DNA of 64,000 nucleotides from Lytechinus pictus (taxonomy: Eukaryota). The translations under genes and the position numbers were made by a program. Under the pieces are notes generated by a model, which was not told where the DNA came from, did no database searches, and saw only the letters and a list, made by a program, of their open reading frames with translations. Below are positions 1 to 12,110 of the stretch, in pieces. Every line of letters begins with the position of its first letter. Positions within the stretch are counted from its first letter, which is position 1. The stretch spans positions 14,014,001-14,078,000 of the forward strand of contig NC_087251.1 in the NCBI RefSeq assembly GCF_037042905.1, read 5' to 3'.

Positions 1-236
1 AGATCCTTTCGGATTAATATAGCTACACCCTTTGAGTGTTTCGTTCCATGATCATAAATTCCTAAACCTTTCCATTCATTTGAAATAACATTTTCCAGAT
101 CTTTTGACAAAAAAGTCTCTTGTAAAAATGCGATGTCACATTTTTGACGTTTCAACCATAGAAATACTTTCTTTCTTTTAAGTGTGTCACATATTCCACG
201 TACGTTTAACGATACAAAGTGAATAGACTCTGTCAT
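1..236 (-). CDS. Retrotransposon ORF2 N-terminus (APE/L1-type endonuclease), truncated by the window edge
   Basis: Manual translation: MTESIHFVSLNVRGICDTLKRKKVFLWLKRQKCDIAFLQETFLSKDLENVISNEWKGLGIYDHGTKHSKGVAILIRKD. It has the SLNVRG, DIAFLQET and SKGVAIL endonuclease motifs and no stop. Confidence 0.92.
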   Translation of the reverse strand, partial: MTESIHFVSLNVRGICDTLKRKKVFLWLKRQKCDIAFLQETFLSKDLENVISNEWKGLGIYDHGTKHSKGVAILIRKD

Positions 237-284
237 ATATTAATTATCAAGATCCAAATGTTTCATATTCATATTTCTTCGAAC

Positions 285-1523
285 TCACTTCTTCTTGTTC
301 TTTACTGGTTTCATTTTCCTTTTCTTGGTCTTAGATTCTTTGTTTTTCCCGGTAGCTTTCGATGGAGAGGTCTCAGGTGACAACGTAGATTCATCGTCCT
401 CGCTATTCGTGTAGACGCTACATGTTTCGTCGTCATATTCTCCGTACGTTTGCTGCCGTGCTCGCTGTTCGTCATCGTTACGTTTTGGCGTTGTTCCGCT
501 AGCCTTCACCTGTGATCGCGTGCAGTACGTTGCTCCATGCGAATTGCTCGACGCGGTTCCCGCGCTGTATGAAGCTGATCGCGTCCTCATCGGTGATCGA
601 AGATCGATGGCCTCGGATGTATCAGAATCTCTGCTCTCTGACGGTTGCTGAACAAGCTTATTGATGAAGTCCGCGAGACGAGTTTGTCGCGTCCTGTTGC
701 TTGGATTCGCAGAATCGGCGGACTGCGTTGAATCGCTATCCTTGAGATGTCGTAGCGGTGAAGCGCGAGGCGTTGCTATGTGATTACCTGGTGCGCGGTT
801 GTTTTGTGGGCAGGCATTCTTCATATGACCAGCGTTTATACAAAGTTGACATTTTACATCATTGTGGCATCTGGATACATGGTGTCCCGATTCAAGGCAT
901 CTGGAGCATGTGACTGGGCCAGCTGCACCGGAGTGTTCGGGTTGTCCAAGATGATACACGCGTCCCATGAAGTTGGTCCCGAATAACATTTTCCTAGGCA
1001 ACGGTTGTGTTGGTGGGGTAATGTATAATACCCGATCTCCGATTAGACAATTTGTGAGTTGACCGTTCACTCTCAGTTTTTGACGATAGATATCTCCTTG
1101 AATCTCGCATTTCCGGTTTTCTATCTCACTGCGTATGACTTCGTCGCTGACGGACAGCGGGATATCTTTCACGGTCACTCTGGTGAGGTTTTCGTCCCTA
1201 GACCTTGTGAAAGGATTCACATCGTAGATTGCGACGGTTGCTCCGCGGATTACCAGTCCATTGGATATCAAATTGACGCGGTCTTCATGGGAGTTCAAAT
1301 AAATTCTCCATAAACGGCGAATTTGCTGGATTCCCAATATGTTGTCTAGACTGAGTGTTTTGGCTAAGGCAACGTATATTTCCTCACCTGTGACCTGTTT
1401 CTTTTCGTCATTCCTGATATCGTCCACACGTAGAAAAATGGGCTTGGGTCCTTTGGGCATGTTTGTTTCTGGGCGTGGCGTCGCTTTATGTGCATACATA
1501 GTGCGTGTGTATCCTATACGCAT
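285..1523 (-). CDS. Retrotransposon ORF1 (gag-like nucleic-acid-binding protein with two CCHC zinc knuckles, Tx1/ZCCHC3-like)
   Basis: 412-aa ORF containing CSRCLESGHHVSRC and CQLCINAGHMKNAC (CX2CX4HX4C), an N-terminal RRM-like region, a Ser/Thr-rich linker and a Lys-rich tail. The true start may be a downstream Met (MPKGPK at 1460). Confidence 0.9.
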   Translation of the reverse strand: MRIGYTRTMYAHKATPRPETNMPKGPKPIFLRVDDIRNDEKKQVTGEEIYVALAKTLSLDNILGIQQIRRLWRIYLNSHEDRVNLISNGLVIRGATVAIYDVNPFTRSRDENLTRVTVKDIPLSVSDEVIRSEIENRKCEIQGDIYRQKLRVNGQLTNCLIGDRVLYITPPTQPLPRKMLFGTNFMGRVYHLGQPEHSGAAGPVTCSRCLESGHHVSRCHNDVKCQLCINAGHMKNACPQNNRAPGNHIATPRASPLRHLKDSDSTQSADSANPSNRTRQTRLADFINKLVQQPSESRDSDTSEAIDLRSPMRTRSASYSAGTASSNSHGATYCTRSQVKASGTTPKRNDDEQRARQQTYGEYDDETCSVYTNSEDDESTLSPETSPSKATGKNKESKTKKRKMKPVKNKKK

Positions 1524-1894
1524 TCAGCGTCACATACGCCAAACAGTTAAACTCCCCGAAATATATGAAAATACGTAGCCAAAAGATCCTTAAAACCAAG
1601 ATAGGTAATATCAATGATCCAAAACAGTTCCGTAGGCTAAAGATTACAAACTGATGGTTTTCCAATTTCGCGATATTTCCAGATATTAATTAATTACCCT
1701 TGTTTCGAAAGCTATTCGGCGCCTCCTCCCTAGATCATAGAGAAACATATGTTAATATGTTTCGAGTATCAATTCAGCGCCCCTATGTCGAATTATCAAT
1801 TCGGCCCCCCTTAGGTCGGACATTGATTCGGCACCCCTATGCAAAACATCAATACGGCGCCCTCAAGGTTGTACATCAATTTTGCGCCCCATAG

Positions 1895-2290
1895 GCAAAC
1901 CATTTAAAGTACACCTTAAGACCTATTTGTTTATCCTTTAATACCTTCACAACTAAATCTATATACACTGTATGATTATGTACATTTTTAAAGAAATCAT
2001 AGCTCCTGTGAGTACTGAGCAGACCGGGCTTGCCCCTTTAATTGTCGATGAACGGGGCAGCAAGCACAAGGGCACCATTCCCCACCAAGATGTAGCTGGG
2101 AATTTCAGTGGTGGTGATGCAGGATGGTACTTGTAGTAATTTAAGATGTCTATTTATATCTAAGTTGCTGTTTGTAATGTACGTGTATAAAATATTTGTA
2201 TCCAAAAGAACAGTTGCTGCGCTAGCGCCATGAGCGTCTTTAGACGGTGTGTGCGCTCATTAAGATCTCACTATTATTATTATTATTATT
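1895..2290 (+). mobile_element. 3' end fragment of an L2/CR1-type LINE or derived SINE
   Basis: Ends in an AGCGC...GCGCT stem-loop followed by a (TAT)n tail at 2271-2290, and interrupts the satellite. Confidence 0.55.
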
Positions 2291-3436
2291 AGGATTAACA
2301 TCAAATGGCGCCCTTTGTTAGAACATCAATTCGGCGCCTCCCATGTCGAACTCAATTCGGCGCCCCTGGGTAAACATCAATACGCTTCCATGTCGAACAT
2401 TACTTCGGCGCCCCTTGGTTGAACATAATTTCGGCACCCCTAGTTCGAACATCATTTCGGTGACCCCCTAGGTTCGAACATTAATTTAGCGCCCCTAAGT
2501 CGAACATCATTTCGGTGACCCCTTAGGTCGAACATCAATTTTGCGCCCCTAAGTCGAACATCATTTCGACGCCTCCCCCCCCCTAGGTCGAAAATTAAAT
2601 GTCGAATATATTTTCGGCGCCGCCTAGGTCATAGAGAAACATATTTTAATTTGTTTCGAATATCAATTTTGCGCCCGTATGTCGATTAGTCAATTCGGCC
2701 TCCCCCTAATGTCGGACATTGGTTCGGTGCCCCTAGGTTGAACATCAATTCAGTGCCCCTATGTCGAACATCAATTCGGCACCCCTATGCAAAACATCAA
2801 TATGGCGCCACCGAGGTTGTACATCAATTTGGCGCCCTTTGGTAGAACATCAGTTCGGCACCCCCCGATGTTGAACTCAATTCGGCGCCCCTGGGTAAAC
2901 ATCAATACACTTCAATGTCGAACATCACTTCTTCGCCCCGTGGTCGAACAAAATTTCGGCGCCCCTAGTTCGAACATCAATTCGGCGCCCCTATGTCGAA
3001 TATCAATTTGGCTCGCCTCCCTATGTTGAACATCAATTCTGTGCCCCTAGATCGAACATCATTTCGACGCCCCCAGGTAGAAAATTAATTCATACCCTTA
3101 TGTCGAATATCTATTCGGCGCCCCCCCTTATGTCGGACATTGATTCCGCTCCCCTAGGTTGAACATCAATTCAGCATCCTATGTCGAACATCAATTCGGA
3201 CCCCTATGCAAAACATCAATACGGCGCCACCGAGGTTGTACATCAATTTTGCGCCCGGTAGGCAAAACATCACTTCGCCTTCTAGGTTTAACATCAATTT
3301 GGCGCCCTTTGTTAGAACATCAATTCGGCGCCTCCCATGTCGAACTCAATTCATCGCCCCTGGGTAAAACATCAATACACTTCCATGTCGAACATAACTT
3401 CGGCGCACCTAGTTCGAACATCATTTCGGTGACCCC

Positions 3437-5029
3437 CAGCGGCGTAACAGGGGTCGGTGGCCAGGGGGGGCAAGAGCCAAAAATTTCCCGGTCTTATCAT
3501 GGTATGAACTCACAGGCGTAATGGTGTAATGAGGCGACAATTTTGAGAAGACCAGATATTGCGTATCTTATCTTTAAAAACAGTTGCGAGCGAGCGAAGC
3601 GAGCGAGCAAAAATTTGGACCTTTTTAATACAAAAATCCAATTTTGTGATAGATTTTGACACGATATCCAGAAAACAATATATTTCACTTCTCTCTCTTC
3701 AGATTCCTTTTTTTGTGGTCTGTACGATACGCCACTGTGAACAGGATTCTTTGTGGCATTAGCGTGAAGAGTAAAAAAAGAAGAAAAAAAACAGGGGAGC
3801 AGTATAGCACATGTGCTAAAAAGCTGCTTTATATAAGCCCCGAGCGAGCGAAGCGAGCGAGAAAAAAAATCACCTTTTCATGAGAATCTAACTTTGAGCT
3901 ATTTTTTGACATTATATTCAGTAAATAAAATCATATCCTACACTTTTCCTTTGCTTTTATTTCCTCCTTTTTTTTTAATTCTTGTTTGTAGAACTTTTTG
4001 GGGCCATGGCCCAACCCTTCCATACGCAGTGCTGTGCGGTTGGGGTCCGGGCGGAGCCCCCGAAACTTTTTGATATCAAAGCCATTTAAACCTCGCAGAT
4101 TGCCGCTATTTTAATCAAATCGCGGTCATATACAGAAAATAGCTTTTACACAACACATTTATTCAACCCGGTTGCATAATGAACCAAATATTTTTAAGGG
4201 GCAAAACATAGCAATGTGGGAAAATTTGTAAAAAAAAGTCGCCAGCATGCAAAGCGAGCTGGAAAAAAATTGCCATTTGAAATTAAATTCTAATTAGGGC
4301 CTATGTGATAGCTTTTTCCATTATATTCAGCAAATAACGCATTTTATTGTTTCCATTCATTTACAATTTCCTACAATTTCTTTTATTTTCTCTTGGGTGT
4401 GGAACCAGACCCCCCCCGCGCCTGTATGCCAGTGATTGATTGTGATTGAACGGGGGGCGTTATAGAGCCATTTGAAGGTTATGAATGAAGAGCCCCTACT
4501 GCGTGGGGTCTGGGGCAAAGCCCCGGTAGCTTATTTGCATAAAATTTAGCAAGCTTATAGCACAATGTTGTATGCAGTCCATCTTTTTTCCCGCTCTTTA
4601 ATTTCAATCATCGGCAGCCCGGTCGTGTTATTTTTTTTCCTTGTCCCTTTTCTTTTCCAATTTAGCTTTTGACTAATTACTCTCTACCTTCGTTTCCCGC
4701 TATTGGTTGCCATTTTGTCATCTTTTAATTCATTTCCCACCGTGTTATTGCATTACATAGACCTATTTCGGAATGATTTGTTCTTTCTCAAATGTCAGTT
4801 CTTCTTTCGTACATTTTCCCGCTTTCCTTCCTTTTCCATTAAAAAAAAAGTTTTTCTTCGGTTTTTTCCCCTTTCCCTTTCCTTTTCCTCCTTTCCTTTC
4901 CCCTTTCCTTCCCCTTTCCCTTTCTTTCTCCCTCCTTTTTTTCTTTTTCCCGTTTTTCTTTTATTTTCCCGGTGAAATCCGCCAGGGGGGGCAACTTGCC
5001 CCCCTGCCCCCCCGCCTGTTACGCCACTG
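3437..5029. mobile_element. Non-autonomous hAT element (1593 bp)
   Basis: TIRs CAGCGGCGTAACAGG / CCTGTTACGCCACTG; 8-bp TSD GTGACCCC at 3429-3436 and 5030-5037. Confidence 0.92.
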
Positions 5030-8000
5030 GTGACCCCCTATTTCGAACATCAATTTAGCGCCCCTATGTCGAACATCAATTCGGCACCCCTATGCAAAAC
5101 ATCAATATGGCGCCCAAAAGTTGTACATCAATTTTGCGCCCCGTAGTCAAAACATCAATTCGCCCCCCCCCTCGGTTTAACATCAATTTGGCGCCCTTTG
5201 TTACAACATCAATTCGGCACCCCTATGCAAAACATCAATATGGCGCCCAAAAGTTGTACATCAATTTTGCGCCCCGTAGTCAAAACATCAATTCGCCCCC
5301 CTCGGCTTAACATCAATTTGGCGCCCCTGAGCAAACATCAATACGCTTCCTTGTCGAACATTACTTTGGCGCCCCTTGGTTAAGCATCAATTTAGTGCCC
5401 CTATGTCGAACATCAATTCGGCACCCCTATGCAAAACATCAATATGGCGCCTCGAAGGTTTTTCATCAATTTTGCGCCCCGTAGGCAAAACATAAATTCG
5501 CCCCCTCGGTTTAACATTAATTTGGCGCCCCTAGGTCGACCATCATTTCGGCGCCTCCTATATCGAACATCAATATGGCGCCCCTTGGTAAAACATCAAT
5601 ACGCTTCCATGTCGAACATTACTTCGGCGCCCCTTGGTTGAACATAATTTCGGCACCCCTAGTTCGAACATCATTTCGGTGACCCCCTAGGTCGAACATC
5701 AATTTAGCGCCCCTAAGTCGAACATCATTTCGGTGACCCCCTAGGTCGAATATCAATTTAGCGCCCCTAAGTCGAACATCATTTTGACGCCTCCCCCCCT
5801 AGGTCGAAAATTAAATGTCGAATATATTTTCGGCGCCACCTAGGTCATAGAGAAACATATTTTAATTTGTTTCGAATATCAATTTTGCGCCCGAATGTCG
5901 ATTAGTCAATTCGGCCTCCCCCTAATGTCGGACATTGATTCGGTGCCCCTAGGTTGAACATCAATTCAGTGCCCCTATGTCGAACATCAATTCGGCACCC
6001 CTATGCAAAACATCAATATGGCGCCACCGAGGTTGTACATCAATTTGGCGCCCTTTGGTAGAACATCAGTTCGGCACCCCCCATGTTGAACTCAATTCGG
6101 CGCCCCTGGGTAAACATCAATACACTTCCATGTCGAACATCACTTCTTCGCCCCGTGGTCGAACAAAATTTCGGCGCCCCTAGTTCGAACATCAATTCGG
6201 CGCCCCTATGTCGAATATCAATTTGGCTCGCCTCCCTATGTTGAACATCAATTCTGTGCCCCTAGATCGAACATCAATTCATTGTCCCTATATGGAACAT
6301 CATTTCGACGCCCCCAGGTAGAAAATTAATTCATACCCTTATGTCGAATATCTATTCGGCGCCCCTTAGGTTAATATGTTAATGTTAATATGTTTCGAAT
6401 ATAAATTCAGCGCCCCTATGTCGAATAATCAATTCGCCCCCCCCCCTTATGTCGGACATTGATTCCGCTCCCCTAGGTTGAACATCAATTCAGCATCCTA
6501 TGTCGAACATCAATTCGGCACCCCTATGCAAAACATCAATACGGCGCCACCGAGGTTGTACATCAATTTTGCGCCCGGTAGGCAAAACATCACTTCGCCC
6601 CCTAGGTTTAACATCAATTTGGCACCCTTTGGTAGAACATCAATTCGGCGCCCCCCATGTCGAACTCAATTCGGCGCCCCTGGGTAAACATCAATACACT
6701 TCCATGTCGAACATTACTTATTTGCCCCGTTTTCGAACAAAATTTCGGCGCCCCTAGTTCGAAAATCGTTTCGGTGACCCCCTAGGTCGAACATCGATTC
6801 CACGCCCCTTTGTTGAACATCGATTCGGCGCCCGTTGGCCGAACATCAATCCGGTACCCCTGTATAGAATGTCCATTTGGCACCCCTAGGTCGACCATCA
6901 TTTCGGCGCCTCCTATATCGAACATCAATATGGCGCCCCTTGGTAAAACATTCTTTTGGCGCCCCTTCCCCCTAGGTCGAACATCACTTCGGCACCCACT
7001 CTCTCTCTCTCCTTTTCCCCTTCTCTCTTTCTTTCCCACTGCTTTCTCTTCTTTCTTTCTCCCCTTTTTCTTTTCTCTCTTTTCTTCCTCCTTTTGGCTC
7101 CCCCTTTTCGCCTACCCTAGCAACCCCAGAATACGCGCGTGACACTCGTAAGTTTCCAAACATTGGATATTAAATTTCAAAGAATTTTGCCTTCCGTTTC
7201 GATTTTTTGCCATATTGCAAAAACTATATTTAGTTAATTAGCGTTGATTTTGTAGTTTTAGACACCTGCCTTCTTTAAAGTTCTGTAGTTTTATAGATAT
7301 TTGATCTTATAATGGTTTGAGAAAAAGAAATATATATACTGTATACCTTGTATACCTTAATATGATTCCCATGATTATATGATTAACGGGATATTTACCG
7401 CCGCATATAATCCTTTTGGACAGGACATGTTTCTGACTATAACCAGGCGATTCGAGCTATTTGGTGCCCCCGGTCGAATATAAGATTGGCGCCCCAAAAA
7501 TCAAATATAAATTCGGCACCCCCGCACCTAGGTCGAACATCGATTCGGTGCCCCTATGTAAAACATCGATTCGGCCCCTTGGTCGAACATCATTTGGGCG
7601 CCTCCCCCTAGGTCGAAAATAAATTCGGCACCCCTACGTCGAATATCAATTTTGCGACCCCCCGGTTGAACATCAATTTGGCGCTCCTATGTCGAACATT
7701 AATCCGGCGCCCCTATGTCGAATATCGAGTCAGCACCCCTATGTCGAATATCAATTTTGCGCCCCTATGTCGGACATCATTTTGGGGCCCCTCCCGAGGT
7801 TGAAAATCAATTCGGCGCCCAAAGATCGAACATCAATTCATCGTCCCTATATCGAACATCATTTTGACGCCACCTTAGGTCGAATATCAATTCAACGCCC
7901 CTATGTCGAATATCAATTCGGCGCCCCTATGTTGAACATCATTTCGGTGCCCCTAGGTCGAAAATCAAATTGGCACCTCTACGTCGAATATCGATTCGGC

Positions 8001-8680
8001 GCCCCGCCCCCCATGTCGAACATCGATTAGGCGCCCTTATTTCGAACATCATTTTGGCACCCCTATTCAAAACATTAATTTGGCGCTGACAATCGATTTT
8101 ACGCCCCTAGGTCGAGCATCAATCCGGCGCCCCCTATATCAAACATCAATTCTTTGCCCCTTGGTAAAACATCATTTTGGCGCCCCCTATAGGTTGAACA
8201 TAGATTCAGCGCCCATATGTCGAACATCAATTTGGTGCTCTTAGGTCAATTTGGCAGCCACTTGGTAGAACATCAATTCACCGCCCCCAAGGTTGAACAT
8301 TGATTCGGCTCCCCGTAGGTTGAGCATTGATTCGGCGCCCCTATGTCGAACATCATGTCATCGCCCCTATATCGAACATTAATCAGGCGCCTCATATATC
8401 GAACATCAATCCGGCGCCACTATGTCGAACATCAATTCGGCGCCCCTAGGTAGAACATAAATTAGCACCCCCTAGGTCGAACATTGATTCGGTGCCACTA
8501 AGTAAAACTGTAATTCGGCGCCCCCTTAATTTGAACATCGATTCTTCACCCCATATATCGAATATCAATTCGATTTCCCTAGGTAAAACATTAGTTTGGC
8601 CGACCCTAGGTTGAACATCGATTCGGCACCCCTATGTCGAACATCAGTTCGTCGGCCTTAGGTCGAACATCTCTTCGGCG

Positions 8681-10185
8681 CACAGTGGGCCAGAATGAGA
8701 TGAAAGTGCGCCAAAATTATATTCCGTGTTATAATGTTACTTTAACATTTAGATCAGAGGTAATTTTAGGCGTACAATTGACTGAACTTAATTTGAAGCC
8801 GATAGGACGTCACCTTTATACCAAATTTTTTATTGGCTACTTAAAACATGTGAAAAGATAAATTACGCTAAACAATGTGTAGTATAATTATAAACTTTGT
8901 GTTAGGTGTTACTTTAGGATTAACCCGAGTGAATAATGGATTATGCTTCTCACATGCCTAAAAAGTGTGTATGAAATCAGGAAAATAATTTCATGACATC
9001 AAAATTGGGAAAAATTAACAAAATTTTATCAAGCTGTGTAGACTTGGGTCTACAGGTAACTTTTATCTCTGGAAGAAGGCTGGGTAGCCGTTATTTGCGT
9101 TATCAACCTTCATTTTGTTTACATTATGTCAGGAACTTAATGACATTTTCATGGAATTGAAGGGGAATCGACCTCGCTGTGCCTTAATGAATGGCAATGT
9201 ACGCCCTCATACCATGAATACGTTGCCCTGTGATTATTATTGATTGTTTAAAAACAGGGAAGCCCATTCAACAATATGTTGGTCTCCCATGGGGCCCTGT
9301 GACAATGTACATAGCATAACATAACCATTATAACAATTCATTTACATAGCAACATCATAAGAGAGGCATAAATAAATTAGTAAGTACATGTGAAGGAAAT
9401 AAGGAAACATACAATTAACAATAAAAGTACAATGATTTAAAAAGCAGATGAAGTGACAGTATTAAGACGTGTATTGTTACAATTAGCCAAAATCTGTAAA
9501 ATCAAGAAAGTAAGCTGAAGTTGTGAGTCGAACAAAAATATCAAAATAGAGGACCGAATGTCAATTATGTAAGGGACTGAGGTACAGCTTGTAAAGAAGA
9601 ATGCTTTTGGGTGATGACAGCGCGGCATGAAAATGACAATTTTTTTTTTTGGGGGGGGGGGGGTGATGTGTCAAGTAAAACCGGCTCTAACATAAATATT
9701 TACAGGAGGATGCAGCTAAATCTAGTATTAACTTAAAGCTTAGACATTAGATAAAATGTTGGCTACAGAATTTAGACGGAAATCTTACATTTTTAATATA
9801 ATTGTGAAAACATGGATAATCAGCTTATATCATGGAATAATCATCCTATAAACCACGTGAAAGGTGTATTTTATCCACTTTTAACCCATTCACACCACAA
9901 CGGAATACATTAGGATTGTGTGGTAGCAATTTCAGATTCATACATTAAAAACCTTAAGTGAAATGACTGTTTTTCAACTTGGTCATCATAATCCGCGAAA
10001 ACTCGCAAAATGTCACATTTTGCAAATTGAAGTAGGAAATTGTGAACCTTAATGCACATTCTGGAATAAAATATTTTACAGAAGTATTCTTCAAAGTATT
10101 GTCTTTCAACTGGGCATGAAAAAAATAAAAATTCTCAAATTGACCAAAATTTTTGCGCACTTTGGTTTCGCCACGACCCACTGTG
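8681..10185. mobile_element. Non-autonomous Transib-like element, copy 1 (1505 bp)
   Basis: CACAGTGGG...CCCACTGTG termini; 5-bp TSD CGGCG at 8676-8680 and 10186-10190; shared AAAGTGCGC box in both ends. Confidence 0.88.
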
Positions 10186-11749
10186 CGGCGCTCCCGCCCT
10201 CTTGTTTTTTTCCTTCTCTCTTTCTCTCTTTCTCCCTTTTTACTCTTTTTCTTCTTCTTTCACTCCTTTTTTCTCCCCCACTTCTTTTCCTCTCTTTCCT
10301 TTCTTTCTTTTTTTTGGCGCCCCCCTTTTCGCCTACCCGGGGGCCCGTGTTCCAAGCCCCCCCCCTAGAATACGCGCGTGACACTCATAAGTTTTCGAAC
10401 ATCGGATATTTGAATTTCAAAGGATTTTTGCCTTCCATATCGATTTTTGCCATATTACTCAATTAATTAAGCAATTAAGTTGATTTTTAAATTTTTGACA
10501 CTTGCATTTTTTATAGATCTGTAGATCATACAGATGTGCCCATGGTACATTGTAATGGGACAGTATGTAATTTTATAGATATTTGATGTTACAATGGTTT
10601 CAGAAAAAGGGACAATGGTGACAACGTTTTACCAGAATGGTAATTAACGTCTAAATTGACTTAATCAGATTGAGACAATTATTATTTTTTTGTAAAAAAT
10701 AACATGAATTGATTTATTGTCACTGTATGTTTGTGATCAAGTTTTAGGCATTCGTCTGTAGGGAAGGTTAACAAATAAATCTATATCAGACAGTAATGAT
10801 AATTAAGTATTATAAATATGCTATTTAAGATAATTGGATTGATTGAACATGTAAGATACTTGTGTTAATCCCGGTGGGGTGGGTGTGGGACTGGGATATA
10901 CCCCTCCCCTTTTCAGAGATGGATGTCCCAGTACAATCTCCCATTTCAAGACTGAAAAGATAATCTTTTAAATCATCAACTGTTTACTACCGTTAATGCC
11001 AACATTCACCTTTAAATGTCGTTAATGTGCTTAATTGACCCAGCTTCTACCTCAGTCACATTCCAGTCCCATTAGGTTTACGATGTACTTCCAATGTGTT
11101 TTTTTGGTGGCCATTTTGGATGGTGCTGGCCGGACATCATTCATGGCCGGGGGTCTAAGCTAGCATCGGAGGGGTGATGAGACAAAGATAACTGGGAGTT
11201 AAATTTTCCGATGTCTCCGCCGATCTTTCGAATCGTCCGCCCATCCTTTACACATCATTTATGTATCGTAAGATCATGGAGCTTCCAGCTTTATGGTCCG
11301 ATGTCTGGCCATGAATCGAACTTTGTCCTTTGCATCGGAGGTCATCTCCTGGAGCAGACATCGGACAGATATTGGCCGATTATCGACCGATGTCTGACCG
11401 GTATGTATCGATGTATCATAAATTTATGGCCAATGTGATTGACATCGGTCGGTAATCACAGATGCATCGGGGGCCCTTGAAAGACCGCGTCATTTCGCAT
11501 GTACAACTTTTTAGCGCGTTTGTACACCTTACAACACAAATAAGATGCCAAGAAGGAGAGTACACCGGCCGAAAATCGCCCAGGCATCGTACGATGTCAG
11601 TAGGATACTCTAACATGAGTCGTATGATGTCCAGTTCATCGTCCGGCTATCGCATGAGCTCCGTAGGATTATACGGAGATCAGAATGACGTCCAGCCGTT
11701 TATCGCTTTATAAAATTATTATTTTATGTTAGATATTTGTAAGAATGTT

Positions 11750-12110
11750 AATTTCTGTCTAGGGGATGGTATCCTGTGAATGAGCTACTGGGTTTGCCCC
11801 TTAAACTGTCGGAGAACAGAACGCCCAGTCCGATTTATTTTTGATTTCTAAGTATTTGTGAGATTGTAGTTTATTTTCTGTCTGTGAGATGGTGTCCTGT
11901 GAATGATGAGCCGACTGTGATAACCCCTTAAATCGTATAGGCGAACCCGGATAGGAGAACGGATTGCCCAGCCAGATTAGTGTATAAAAAATCATTAATA
12001 TATATGTGTAAGAAAGGTGTTAAATTCTGTCTGGGATGGTGTCCTGTGAATGATGTGCTTACTGGGCTTGCCCCTTAAACTGTAGGAGAACGGAACGCCC
12101 AGTCAGAAAA
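11750..12110. repeat. Three diverged tandem copies of a ~125-150-bp unit
   Basis: TTCTGTCT...GATGGT(A/G)TCCTGTGAATGA...CCCCTTAAA recurs at ~11753, 11877 and 12024. Confidence 0.75.

Larger units (their letters stand above)
1..1680 (-). mobile_element. Non-LTR retrotransposon, L1/Tx1 clade, 5' portion (5'UTR, ORF1, start of ORF2); runs off the window start
   Basis: Intact ORF1, a 48-nt spacer, then an APE-type ORF2 on the same strand. The 5' boundary is approximate (~1660-1710), where the sequence becomes satellite. Confidence 0.9.
1685..8680 (+). repeat. ~26-28-bp minisatellite (consensus ~GTCGAACATCAATTCGGCGCCCCTAT/G) with higher-order repeats, interrupted by insertions
   Basis: Many diverged monomers at ~1685-1890, 2290-3436, 5030-6995 and 7460-8680. 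The block starting at 2372 recurs at 5591. Confidence 0.95.

Noticed and set aside
1524..1690. Self-cleaving ribozyme in the retrotransposon 5'UTR
   Set aside because: No hammerhead core or HDV-like pairing was visible by eye; an Infernal/RNArobo search would be needed.
1700..8030. Many short ORFs (MQNINMAP..., MSNINSAPL...)
   Set aside because: They are translations of the satellite in several frames.
1685..8680. CRISPR-like appearance of the ~27-bp repeats
   Set aside because: Monomers are directly adjacent and degenerate, with no unique spacers and no cas genes, and the context is eukaryotic.
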